Positions 11,113-21,015 of a stretch of DNA of 64,000 nucleotides are shown here, one piece after another. This DNA is from Aureliella sp. GTDB lineage: Bacteria > Planctomycetota > Planctomycetia > Pirellulales > Pirellulaceae. The position numbers and the translations under genes are program-made. Where the stretch lies: assembly GCA_963691875.1 (NCBI GenBank), contig OY829846.1:1280001-1344000 (forward strand), given 5' to 3'. Position 1 is the first letter of the stretch. The number at the start of each line of letters is the position of its first letter. Below the pieces are notes generated by a model. The model saw only the letters and a list, made by a program, of their open reading frames with translations. It ran no database searches and was not told where the DNA came from.

Positions 11113-11450
11113 GTCAGCTCTCAGTTCCAGTAGTGAAACGGTTTCAAGGTTGATAGGACTTGGTCTCGTGAATGTCGATAATCAGTTCCCAGTCGTGACA
11201 TTCGGCGAGCCAGATTCCCCAACATTGTAGGAATCCGGCATCAACGCGGCAGGAGGCTGACTGACAGTTTCGTCCTTCTCTTGGCAGGCAGGCAAAAAGC
11301 TCCGAGGATCCGGGAGACGGAACTTCCTGCATTTGGGTTTCGAAACTGCTAAAATGATATCCTCCTCTTTATTCTTTTCTTGTTGCAAGCCCAAGCTTCG
11401 CTGCTTCCAGCGAGTGTGCGTCGCTTGCGCTCCTAGGGAGAACGGCCGAA

Positions 11451-11720
11451 ATGGCGCAAGCAATCGTAGATCCCGAGCAGCTAAGACAATTCGCGGCCAT
11501 GCTGAAGCGATATGGCCAGCAGGTCCGTGAGTCCACTTCGTCTCTCACTCAAGCACAAGCCCGTTTGGCTGAAAGCTGGCGTGACCAAGAGCATCGAAAG
11601 TTCTCCGAAGAGTTTGAAGAGCAGGTGAAGATGGTAAATCGCCTGCTGGAGTCGACCGAACAACATGTCCCCTATCTGCTCAAGAAAGCGGAGATAATTG
11701 AACAGTACATGGAGCGTTAG
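11451..11720 (+). CDS. WXG100-family protein (WxD variant)
   Basis: 89 aa, helix-turn-helix, VDPEQLRQFA N-terminus, central SWRD. Confidence 0.85.
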   Translation: MAQAIVDPEQLRQFAAMLKRYGQQVRESTSSLTQAQARLAESWRDQEHRKFSEEFEEQVKMVNRLLESTEQHVPYLLKKAEIIEQYMER

Positions 11721-11873
11721 GCTCTGTTGATCAGTTGCGTGCGGCACGGCGTGACCGCCTTCGGCGTTCGCTCGATTTCCCGATAGTTGTCGACGTAAGT
11801 TTTGTGAACGCAATCCACGCTCGCATTGGATTTCCATCCGGATGCAAACAAGGTTCATTTTTCTGGTGATACA

Positions 11874-12473
11874 ATGGCCGCGGATCAAGCTGATGTTCGC
11901 TCAGTAGAACAACTCGATCATTTCCTCGAGCACACGAAGCGTTACCGAACGCAGTTGCTCAAGGAGCTTGAAAATCTTGAAGTTGAGATTCGTCGGCTGT
12001 CCAATTGGATTCAACGAGAAGCTCCAAACTACTGGAACGAAGAGTTACGTCGAGCAAGACACGCTTACATCGAGGCACAAGAGGCGCTGTCGCGTTGCAT
12101 GTCCTATGTGCGACAGGATGAACGGCGTCCTTGCACGGAGCAAAAAAAGAGAGTCCGAGTCACAAAAGACCGTCGGGACCTCTGTGAAGAAAGATTGCGC
12201 ACCGCTCGCGGAGCCGCTGGAGCCTGGGAGAGAGAAATCCAGAAGAACCAGGGAAAATTTCAACGTGTCCGCGATATGGCAGATGCCGATCTGCTGGTTG
12301 CTGTTGGCCAGCTTACCCAACAACTGGAGACGCTAGTCGAGTATGCAGGACTGCGCTCCGCGGGTTTGAAATCACTGACGTCATCAAGTGGCCAGGACGC
12401 TGCCACGACTTCAGCCGATACGGATGTTGCGCAGGGCGAAGATGGGGGAAGCGATGCGACGCATGAGTCATGA
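11874..12473 (+). CDS. Helical coiled-coil protein in the WXG100 operon
   Basis: All-helical, 199 aa from ATG 11874, two Cys (SRC, RPC), overlaps the next gene. Confidence 0.75.
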   Translation: MAADQADVRSVEQLDHFLEHTKRYRTQLLKELENLEVEIRRLSNWIQREAPNYWNEELRRARHAYIEAQEALSRCMSYVRQDERRPCTEQKKRVRVTKDRRDLCEERLRTARGAAGAWEREIQKNQGKFQRVRDMADADLLVAVGQLTQQLETLVEYAGLRSAGLKSLTSSSGQDAATTSADTDVAQGEDGGSDATHES

Positions 12474-12696
12474 TGTGCCCGGCGTGGCGCAACGAATCAA
12501 CAAACTCACTGCGGAGATCGAAGAATCTGCGCAGGAGACAGCAGAGGTCTGGACGGATGATAAAGGCCGGCAGTTCATCCAAAAGCACTTTGCAGAAATC
12601 CGGCCCAGCATCGCATCTTTGACCACGAGCCTGGCTGCGACAATTGAACTATTTGAAGAAATAGCCAAACGACTTCGAGACCCTGATAACCCGTAA
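12463..12696 (+). CDS. Second small WXG100-like protein
   Basis: 77 aa from ATG 12463, two helices around VWTD, translationally coupled to the upstream gene. Confidence 0.65.
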   Translation: MSHDVPGVAQRINKLTAEIEESAQETAEVWTDDKGRQFIQKHFAEIRPSIASLTTSLAATIELFEEIAKRLRDPDNP

Positions 12697-12732
12697 CGGG
12701 AAATAAGTGCCAAGAAGCATCGCCCTGGCATC

Positions 12733-15700
12733 ATGAAGAACCACTACTCCTTTTGCTCTAATCTGATCGGAGCCGACATGATTGATTCCACACCCAAACC
12801 ACTTCCGCAGCGTCGTCTCGGACAATTGGTTTCCGGTTTGCGGACGCGAATGAGCGGTGGTTTGCAGGAAACAGCAGCTCAGATGCAAAAACTAGAAAAA
12901 GAGATTGAAGAGTACGCTGCCCGCTGCGCACAGGAAGAAGAGCGACTTGAGTCGCAATACGCGGTGCAGAAAGATGTGACCGTAACGGACTGGGATGACC
13001 AGGTCCACCGGTGCTGGGATGAAGCGGAGCTAGCAACCTACAAGGCGATTTACGACACTGCTGAGAAGGAAAAAACACTTAAGGCAGAGGCACAAACCAA
13101 AGTTGAGCAAACGACGGCAGAAGCGCAGAAGAAGATCAATGAAATTGACCTCAAGTTTCGCAAGTTAAACGAAGCACCGATTCAGCGACTGCGAAAGTTC
13201 CGAGAATCAAATAATTCCGTGAACCACAGACTTGCAGCGATCGAAAACCAAACAGCATCGATCCTAACAAAACGAAGCCTCCGGCTCCCGCAGAGAGACG
13301 AGCTGGAAGGCCAAAGCTTCGTGGAGACTTTGCAAACTTCCAAAGAGGCTGGTGAAGAACTGAATCAAGTGCTTTCAGCCGCCAAACAACAGGCAGATCG
13401 GATCACGAATAATCGACTTGCACGATTTGTCGACACCACCTACTTCTGGGTTTTCAGTGCAATATTTTTTGTCATTGCAACTGCCGTTCTGACAGCGACA
13501 AAAACGCAGCAATTGCTCAACGCCGCGATGTCCGGTGCTGGCGCAACTTTTGTTTTCATCATCATTGGATACTTGGGCGTTCGGCCCTTATTAAAACGCT
13601 CGGCTCGTCGCGAGTATCCCAAGCTCTTGGCCATCCTCGACAAGGGCGAGCAAGTACACGCTCGTGGCGACCACCTCGCCGACAAAGAGAACGAAGAGGA
13701 GCTATCGGCACTAGCTGAAAAGCGCGATAAACAATTCGCCAAGGTGCAGGCTTGGCGGGATGAAAAGGTCGACTCGCTCAGAAGGGATCACAAGCAAAAA
13801 CTAAAAGAGATCCGCAAGCGAGCCAAGGAAATTAAGTACCAAGCACGTGAGCAGCTAATCTCCTCGCTCGACGATACAAAGACTCAATTCAATCAGCGAA
13901 TTAATAACGAGGCTACCACAAACAGCGATTCTATGGCAGCCAATCGGCATGAAACGCAAGCTGCCCAAGATCGCCTACGCGAGACGATTCAAGAGATTGA
14001 CCAGGGCGGAGCAGAGCGTCTGCGGATAGCGACACAGAAGGCCGTCGGATTGATTGACCGCAGCAAACGCTGGTGCGGCGAGCATTTCCCTGAATGGCAG
14101 GATTTTGCCGCCGACTCTGGGTTCTGGCCAAAAGGCTCGGACGAGCCACACATGCCTCTGGGAAATCTAATGGTCCCGCAGGCCCTGCCCAATGCAGCAA
14201 AGCTCAATTTGCCTTTTGATCAACTTCAAGCACCCGTACTGTTCTCACCGCTCGATGATAAGTACTTGGTGATTCATGGTAAAGCTTCCGATCCTGCCGT
14301 GCGCAAGCTAGTCAGAAGTGTTTTGCTAAGAGCACTTACCACTTTGCCAGCCGGGAGGACGCAATCCTGCGTTGTGGATCCACCGGGTCTCGGGCAAGAC
14401 TTCGGATGGCTCATGCACCTTGGCGATTTCGACGCGACACTAGTAACCCACCGGGTATGGACACAGTCCGCGCATATCGGCAAGCAGCTGAACACGCTGG
14501 CAATGAACGCAGAAGACTTCATCCAGCAATCGTTACGGAACGAGTATCAAAATATTGTAGAATACAACCGAGATGCTGGAGCATTGGCGGAACCATTTCG
14601 ATTTTTGGTTTGGTCAAGCATGCCCAACGGGCTAGACGACCATAGCTGGAAGAGCATGAAAAGCTTGCTTGACTCCGGTGCGCGGTGCGGCATCATTCCA
14701 ATCCTGATTGTCGATCCAGAGGAAAGTTGGCCTTACTCGAACCAACAGTCCACCGTGAATCGCGGTGGCTTGCATCTGAAACCCGGGAAAAAATCACGTT
14801 TCCTAGTCGTCGGTGGAGCTGGAGACGAGGATTTGGAGATCGAGCCGCTTGAGTCGCCTGAAGACGAGCTTTCGCAAGAGATTGTGCAGAACCTTGGTCG
14901 GCGCTCTTTGCTTTCCAATCGAGTCGAGGTTCCGCTGGGGCAAATGTTGCCAGAGAAATCCGATCGCTGGCAAGCGGATAGCTCACCAAACCTGAAAATC
15001 CCCATTGGACAAAGTGGGGTTGGCCGGACGCACAGTCTCAAGCTCGGCATGGGAACGGCACAGCATGCAATTATTGCGGGCAAGACGGGTTCTGGTAAAT
15101 CAAGCTTGCTCCACGCATTAATCACCAGCGCGATGATGAAGTACTCGCCCGAAGCATTGAGGCTAGTGCTGCTTGACTTCAAGAAAGGAGTTGAGTTCCA
15201 AGTCTACTCTGACGCCCAGGTTCCTCATGCAGACATCATCGGGATCGAGAGTCATCGCGAGTTTGGCTTGAGCGCACTGGAGTATGTTGATAGCTGCCTC
15301 CAACGACGCGGTGAAATGTTCCGAGGAGCCGGAGTGCAAGACATCGCCAGCTGGAATGCACTGCATCCAGATGGGATGATCCCGCGTATGCTAGTTGTGA
15401 TCGACGAGTTTCAAGAAATTTTCGTTGAGGACGACAAGCTCTCGGGACAGGCAAGTTTGATCTTGGATCGAATTGTTCGTCAAGGACGTTCTTTTGGCGT
15501 ACACGCAGTCTTGAGCAGTCAAACTTTGGCGGGTAGCTATTCGCTACCGCGTACAACTCTGGGGCAAATGGCGGTCCGAATCGCGCTGCAGTGTGATGCG
15601 GCAGACGCTCAAATCATCTTCTCCGATGACAACCCTGCTGCATCTCGCCTGAAGCATCCCGGACAAGCAGTCTACAACGATGCAGGTGGGCGAATCGAAG

Positions 15701-16662
15701 GCAATCAACCGATGCAGATTGGCTGGCTTCCCAAAAAAACACAGGTGCAATGGTTTAATGAGCAAGAAAAGGGGTATCGCAATCACGATGCTTCGACAAA
15801 CCGACTCGGCCGAACGGTAGTCTACGATGGTAACCGCGCCGCCACGTGGAGCGACGTCAACGCTGAACTAGCCTTGAAGCAAGCGTGCGAGGATGTAAAT
15901 CCAGACGCGATGTGGAGCGTCGCGGGAGAAAGCGTGGCGATCAACCCAGCAGTCGTCTACCCCTTGACGCGTCAATCGGGACGCAATGTTCTCATCGTGG
16001 GCGGTGATGATGCCCAAGCTGCTGCTGTGCAAGACGTTGCAGTCGCGTCCTTCGTTCGCGCGGCAGGTGCGAACGGGGCGCAAGTATTTGCGATTCAGGG
16101 CGCTAAGCCAACCGATTCGCGGTCTTTGGCGATGACGAAGAAATGGCCTGAACTGAATTGCGAACTCAAGATCGTGGACTCGCGCGATACGGACGATGTC
16201 GTACAGGAAGTGCATGAAATCGTTCAGGCGAGAACGTCTGGCAGTGACCAAGAGGCTGATTCACCTCCAGTATTATTTTCACTAATCCAAATCGGACGGC
16301 TCCGAACACTTCGCAAACAAGATGATTTCGCCAGCTTCGGCGAGTCCGAGTTGACGCCGGACAAGAAACTCGAAGAGATCTTGCGAGACGGACCTAGTGT
16401 TGGTGTTCACACGATGATTTGGGCGGAGAGCTACAGCACGGTTCAAAGATGGTTGTCTAGATTGAGTATGCGTGAAATTGAAATCAGGCTACTCATGCAA
16501 ATGAGCGCGAACGATTCGACAAACCTAGTGGACTCGATCGCCGCTTCTCGTCTAGGAGATCACGTGATGTTGCTGTTCGACGAAGCCACAGGACAAGAAC
16601 AGCGCTTCCGGCCATTTCACTGCGAATCGCTATCGGGGCTAACCAAGTGGTCAGCAAAGTGA
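12733..16662 (+). CDS. FtsK/SpoIIIE-family ATPase, EccC/EssC-like
   Basis: Two TM helices between coiled coils. HAIIAGKTGSGKS Walker A, LDFKKGVEF, VVIDEFQ Walker B, RQGRSFGVH. Degenerate RecA-like domains on both sides. Confidence 0.9.
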   Translation: MKNHYSFCSNLIGADMIDSTPKPLPQRRLGQLVSGLRTRMSGGLQETAAQMQKLEKEIEEYAARCAQEEERLESQYAVQKDVTVTDWDDQVHRCWDEAELATYKAIYDTAEKEKTLKAEAQTKVEQTTAEAQKKINEIDLKFRKLNEAPIQRLRKFRESNNSVNHRLAAIENQTASILTKRSLRLPQRDELEGQSFVETLQTSKEAGEELNQVLSAAKQQADRITNNRLARFVDTTYFWVFSAIFFVIATAVLTATKTQQLLNAAMSGAGATFVFIIIGYLGVRPLLKRSARREYPKLLAILDKGEQVHARGDHLADKENEEELSALAEKRDKQFAKVQAWRDEKVDSLRRDHKQKLKEIRKRAKEIKYQAREQLISSLDDTKTQFNQRINNEATTNSDSMAANRHETQAAQDRLRETIQEIDQGGAERLRIATQKAVGLIDRSKRWCGEHFPEWQDFAADSGFWPKGSDEPHMPLGNLMVPQALPNAAKLNLPFDQLQAPVLFSPLDDKYLVIHGKASDPAVRKLVRSVLLRALTTLPAGRTQSCVVDPPGLGQDFGWLMHLGDFDATLVTHRVWTQSAHIGKQLNTLAMNAEDFIQQSLRNEYQNIVEYNRDAGALAEPFRFLVWSSMPNGLDDHSWKSMKSLLDSGARCGIIPILIVDPEESWPYSNQQSTVNRGGLHLKPGKKSRFLVVGGAGDEDLEIEPLESPEDELSQEIVQNLGRRSLLSNRVEVPLGQMLPEKSDRWQADSSPNLKIPIGQSGVGRTHSLKLGMGTAQHAIIAGKTGSGKSSLLHALITSAMMKYSPEALRLVLLDFKKGVEFQVYSDAQVPHADIIGIESHREFGLSALEYVDSCLQRRGEMFRGAGVQDIASWNALHPDGMIPRMLVVIDEFQEIFVEDDKLSGQASLILDRIVRQGRSFGVHAVLSSQTLAGSYSLPRTTLGQMAVRIALQCDAADAQIIFSDDNPAASRLKHPGQAVYNDAGGRIEGNQPMQIGWLPKKTQVQWFNEQEKGYRNHDASTNRLGRTVVYDGNRAATWSDVNAELALKQACEDVNPDAMWSVAGESVAINPAVVYPLTRQSGRNVLIVGGDDAQAAAVQDVAVASFVRAAGANGAQVFAIQGAKPTDSRSLAMTKKWPELNCELKIVDSRDTDDVVQEVHEIVQARTSGSDQEADSPPVLFSLIQIGRLRTLRKQDDFASFGESELTPDKKLEEILRDGPSVGVHTMIWAESYSTVQRWLSRLSMREIEIRLLMQMSANDSTNLVDSIAASRLGDHVMLLFDEATGQEQRFRPFHCESLSGLTKWSAK

Positions 16663-16812
16663 TCGGCTCTTGATAACTCACACGCGGGGGCAATTTGCTT
16701 GAATTAGCACTGATACCAACAAGCATTGAATTGAGCAAACGCCATTTTTGACGACCTGCCTGATCGGCCAGGGATGGAACGATGACTGAGACTGGCCGCA
16801 TCGGTTCCATCA

Positions 16813-17193
16813 GTGACGGTGGTAGCTAGCCCAGCATCGAATTTCTCTCTTAGTTCAGCTTCGTACGGACGGCCTGTCCAAGTCGCCCCCGTCAGCTACG
16901 GAGAAAGTGACGCAACCTGCTCGGAGGACTGTAATGACGAAGCGGTCACGCTTGCTCTAGCCGAAAATCTTCTCGCGACGGCCGAACGGAATCTCGACGA
17001 GACACAGGTGGCGTATGACGCCAATCCCACCGAAGAGAATATCGCTGCACTTGCCCTCGCTGAAGTCGAGCACGGAACGGCTGTGAATCAATACAATCAA
17101 GCACGGCAAAACTATCGAGATGGCGCTTTGGAAAACGCAGGTTCTATCCTGGAACACGCCGAGTCGGCCATGGCCTCTCTCGCAAGGGGCTGA
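16813..17193 (+). CDS. Small helical-hairpin protein, paralog of 21881-22222 (5' end possibly degraded)
   Basis: 21 of 69 identical residues, ungapped, with the 21881 ORF, centred on YxANPT(E/D)EN. Confidence 0.6.
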   Translation: MTVVASPASNFSLSSASYGRPVQVAPVSYGESDATCSEDCNDEAVTLALAENLLATAERNLDETQVAYDANPTEENIAALALAEVEHGTAVNQYNQARQNYRDGALENAGSILEHAESAMASLARG

Positions 17194-17345
17194 AACGCGC
17201 ATTCAAGATGTCAGCTGCCCCGCCAGGCATCGCTACTGCATCTCCTCTTGCGACATTTGGGGCTTGGTGTATCCTTTGAAAACTGAGGAGTGGTTGATCT
17301 GCCTAGACCAATACCACACCGCATTTTACGGTTAAGGACTTCTCT

Positions 17346-17395
17346 CACCTGCCCAGGTGGCGGAATTGGCAGACGCGCAACGTTGAGGTCGTTGT
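17346..17395 (+). repeat. att-site direct repeat: displaced 5' half of tRNA-Leu(GAG)
   Basis: CACCTGCCCAGGTGGCGGAATTGGCAGACGCGCAACGTTGAGGTCGTTGT is identical to 22634-22683 and ends just past the anticodon stem. Confidence 0.95.
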
Positions 17396-17522
17396 CGCTG
17401 GCATGCAAAAGCCCTGTAAAATCATGGGTTTCTCTTCTTGTGGTTCCGATAAGTTCTCCGGTGTTTGAGCTTCCGATGAAGCTATCTTTCCCCACAACTC
17501 TTGTTGTTGCACTGGAGATTAC

Positions 17523-18092
17523 ATGCCTCGGACTCCGTCACTTCGCTATCGTGCTGATCGCGACTACTACTTCTGCGAGATAAACGGTCAGCGTACAAAG
17601 CTCGGAAGCAACAAGAAGTTAGCCGAGACAAAACTAAAGGGTATGCTGGAGGAAAACTCTCTAAAGAACCTGAAGAGGAAAATCGAGCAAAACAGGAGGG
17701 AAGAGGATAGGCAACAGGAGATAAAAACCGGTAAGAGACCATTCAGAAAAACAATACAGGAGACGGTAGAACTTTGTGCGGACAAGCTAGAAGAGCAGGG
17801 GCATGTTGTCTTTTGCACTTCACCTTCTGCCGATGCGAAATGCCCGAGCGAGAAAGTTGTTTGGCTACGGAATCAAGGATTCCTTGGGCCGATGGCTACA
17901 AACTATCAGATCGGACCTATGAAAGAGCTGAACGCAGGCTCAGGTGCGATCCTTATCGACGACTCCGATAGCAACGTGCAAAAGTTCCGCGATGCAGGTG
18001 GGACCGCTGTTCTGTTCCCACAACCTTGGAATGAGAACCGTGATAAGCGAGAGCGTCTTGAATATGTCTTAGAAGAGATAAAGCATTGCTAA
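17523..18092 (+). pseudogene. Chimeric ORF: tyrosine-integrase N-terminus joined to the C-terminal part of a HAD 5'-nucleotidase (NT5C-like)
   Basis: MPRTPSLRYRADRDYYFCEINGQRTKLG resembles planctomycete integrase arm-binding domains. FCTSP, EKVVWL, LIDDS and PQPWN are NT5C-like. No integrase catalytic domain and no N-terminal DxD motif. Confidence 0.65.
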
Positions 18093-18853
18093 GAACACTG
18101 ATATATGACATCGAAACATCGCCGAACCTCATCTGGGCTTGGCAGCTTTGGAACACCAATGCCTTGAAGGTCGAGCAGACACCTTACATGCTCTCTTTCG
18201 CCTACAAGTGGTTGGACGAGAAGAAGACAGAGGTGTTAGCCTTGCCGGACTACGAAGGCTACGAAGATGATCCAATGGATGACTCGGGGCTGTGCGGTGA
18301 TCTGTATGAGCTGTTCAATGAGGCAGATGTAGTCATTGCCCACAACGGCAATAAATTTGATCAACGGTTCGCAAAGGGGCGATTCCTTGAACACGGATGG
18401 TCGCCCCCTGCCCCCTACATTGAGATTGATACACTCAAGATCGCTCGACGTGAATTCAAGTTCCAATCTAATAAGCTGGATTCACTTGGTGAGTATTTGG
18501 GCGTAGGGCGTAAGGTCGAGCATGAAGGTGCAAGTCTGTGGTTCAAGTGTATGGCAGGTGACCTGAAGGCATGGTCAAAGATGAAGAAGTACAACCTTCA
18601 AGACGTTGACTTGCTTGAAGCGGTCTATCTCAAACTACGACCTTGGATTCGCAACCACCCGAACATGAACAAATCCATGAGCGGAGTGAAGTGTGGCAGA
18701 TGTGGCAGTGTTCATCTAAATCGCCGTGGTACTCGACGCACCGGGCGATACGAGTACCAACGCTATCAGTGCCAGTCCTGCGGCGGGTGGCTGCAAGAGC
18801 GAGTTCGCTCCGATACCACCAACGTTCCCGATTTCGTCGCGATGGGGGCATAA
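18086..18853 (+). CDS. Phage-type RNase H-like (DnaQ/DEDD) exonuclease with C-terminal Zn ribbon
   Basis: YDIET, AHNGNKFD, IDTL, KYNLQDV; CGRC and CQSC. Confidence 0.85.
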   Translation: MLRTLIYDIETSPNLIWAWQLWNTNALKVEQTPYMLSFAYKWLDEKKTEVLALPDYEGYEDDPMDDSGLCGDLYELFNEADVVIAHNGNKFDQRFAKGRFLEHGWSPPAPYIEIDTLKIARREFKFQSNKLDSLGEYLGVGRKVEHEGASLWFKCMAGDLKAWSKMKKYNLQDVDLLEAVYLKLRPWIRNHPNMNKSMSGVKCGRCGSVHLNRRGTRRTGRYEYQRYQCQSCGGWLQERVRSDTTNVPDFVAMGA

Positions 18854-19156
18854 TCGCGTGACAAAAGTGCGAATAAGACAACTAGCTTTGGAAGCAAATT
18901 CACGGTTCATGAAGTTGAGCGAGAGGGTTGATTGGTGAACGCTATCTGCCTGTCCGGTAAAGAGCTGGAAAGTGTGTACTTGCAGCTCGCGAAGAAGAAA
19001 AAGAAGAAGCCCAAGTTCCGAGGCTTGAGCATCGTGGTGATTTGTTGTTTGGTTGTTTGGTTCGTTATGGGGATGAGCTAATGTGTACGTCCATTATCTA
19101 CATCTTGAATGCCGGGGGCGTTCTGTTTCGTATCGCTGACAATATGACCCTTTCTT

Positions 19157-19432
19157 TTGCTTATGATTATTGGTGCGACAATCACAGCAGTAATTTCCCC
19201 AATAGGAAGAAGAATGCGACACGGACGGCGAAGGAATCAGGCGAAGCCTAAAGACCCAATAGGCTCTATGCAGGCGAGGCTTGCAGATCACTACGGTGTA
19301 TCGGTCAATGACGTTCGATACACCGAAACGCACGAACCACGCGAAGATGGTTCTAAAGAAATCGCATCCGCGTGGGAGATCCGCAAAGATGGTAAGTGGC
19401 GGAAACTTCCGTGGACGGAAATCATGTTCTAA
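19157..19432 (+). CDS. Hypothetical membrane-anchored protein
   Basis: Hydrophobic N-terminus, plausible composition. Confidence 0.45.
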   Translation: MLMIIGATITAVISPIGRRMRHGRRRNQAKPKDPIGSMQARLADHYGVSVNDVRYTETHEPREDGSKEIASAWEIRKDGKWRKLPWTEIMF

Positions 19433-19550
19433 GGGAGAAAAAGAGTGGAACGGGGAGAAGATGCCCGTTTTTGACGTTTATTCGTATTTTTTGAAATATA
19501 TGGTTTGCAACTATTTTTCTGCAAATCATATTCGATTTAGAACCTAAGTA

Positions 19551-20297
19551 ATGGAGCAGGGCAAGCAAGTGATAAGAAAAGTCCGCAGTATTTACTCAAT
19601 TATGTTTTCCTGCCTTGTGTTGGTTATTGGCAGTGCTGAGGTGTCTAGTGCTGGCATTCTAACTTACACCTTCACCACAACTGGCACACACTCCGGCTCC
19701 CTCGGTAGTGGCAGTTTTTCTAACGCTACGATTTCATTTTCGGGCAGCATTAACTCGACACAGGTAAACTCTGGATCAGTAAACTTCTTCGACGGAACTA
19801 CGTTCCTGTTGAAATCCTCGCCAGTTTTGACAACAGTTGACGTGACCATCGACGACCCAAATAATGGACTTATAACTACCTCGCTGGTCGCAGATACAGG
19901 GAACAACTGGGCCGTTTTTGTCGCTGATTATCAGAATTACCTTGGGATTGGCGATGGAATAGGCTTTGGTCAATTTACCACTGCCGGCGAGATAAGCATC
20001 GGCTCCGTAAACATAGGCGGCGTCGTGCCTACCGGTGATTCGCAGGATATCTATGGCTCGTTCGCTGTCGCAGCTAGCTACTCACTCGATTATTCTAAGG
20101 TTTCGAGAACTTTTTCGACGACCTCTGGCTCCTTAGAGTTCACTGGCGATGCGACGCAGTCCGGCAGCATGAATTCGTCGGGTGGATCTGGAGGCGGCAC
20201 CGTCCCTGAGCCCAGCACCGCTTTCGCAATGAGCTTGCTCAGTCTAATTGGTTTCGCAGGCAATCGTTGCAGACGCCGCACTGCATTGAATGCCTAA
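19551..20297 (+). CDS. PEP-CTERM sorting domain protein
   Basis: Signal peptide, Ser/Thr/Gly-rich body, VPEPST, TM helix and basic tail. Confidence 0.9.
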   Translation: MEQGKQVIRKVRSIYSIMFSCLVLVIGSAEVSSAGILTYTFTTTGTHSGSLGSGSFSNATISFSGSINSTQVNSGSVNFFDGTTFLLKSSPVLTTVDVTIDDPNNGLITTSLVADTGNNWAVFVADYQNYLGIGDGIGFGQFTTAGEISIGSVNIGGVVPTGDSQDIYGSFAVAASYSLDYSKVSRTFSTTSGSLEFTGDATQSGSMNSSGGSGGGTVPEPSTAFAMSLLSLIGFAGNRCRRRTALNA

Positions 20298-20328
20298 GCC
20301 AAGATCACATTTATCGCTAACAGCATAT

Positions 20329-20365
20329 AAGCCGTATCCCACTCCAGTTTGGGATGCGGCTTTTT
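20329..20365 (+). terminator. Rho-independent terminator
   Basis: GCCGTATCCC/GGGATGCGGC stem followed by TTTTT. Confidence 0.75.
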
Positions 20366-20635
20366 CATTGCACATATTTCCGCAACTGAGCGTTACGGCC
20401 CCGTCCGTATCAGAGGGACTTGCTTCGACCCCCCTCGACGCGAGTACCTTGTTTTTATGTGGCTGATGGTTGACGTCGCACGTTTAAGTCTGCCGCCTAC
20501 CACGACAAAGAGCACGCCGACGACCCACGCCGTCTCCTGCAATACTGGATCGGTGTTAATTCTTTGAAAATCTTTCCCTCTCCGGTTCGGCCTACTGTTG
20601 AAGTGATTGAAGAAGCGACTGGTTTGTTGCGAGAT

Positions 20636-20866
20636 TTATTCGGAGAATAGGAGATGCTGAGCAGCCTCCTGCAAGCACTCAGCGAATGAGTCTTGACCAC
20701 CTGCCAGCTCGATCGCCCTTGCTCGACGCAGCAAAGTACCCCACTTCAAATCAAAATAGTCACAGATCTTGCGAGCCAATTGAAGATCGAAATCGCTTAC
20801 GCCACCCAAAGTCACTGTTGCATTTGGCATGTAGCCGTCAACTTCGTTTATGCGAGCCTCTATCAT
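20636..20866 (-). CDS. Hypothetical phage protein
   Basis: ATG-start ORF inside the element, same strand as the SPFH gene. Confidence 0.4.
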   Translation of the reverse strand: MIEARINEVDGYMPNATVTLGGVSDFDLQLARKICDYFDLKWGTLLRRARAIELAGGQDSFAECLQEAAQHLLFSE

Positions 20867-21015
20867 GCTAAAACTATAAGCCTTCCGTCAACACGGCAGC
20901 TAATCGTTCAGACGCTTGAATAGCTCTCAGTTGTGCAATGCGACCGGCTTGTTTGAGATAGCCCAAGTTCTGACCAACCGAGCGACCTGCCTGCTCAGGT
21001 TAATTTTTAACGAAC

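Noticed and set aside
12733..16662. Cell-division DNA translocase FtsK
   Set aside because: No gamma domain, three tandem ATPase-like domains, and WXG100 neighbours
17351..17395. Second functional tRNA-Leu gene
   Set aside because: Similarity stops after the anticodon arm; no T arm or 3' acceptor strand follows
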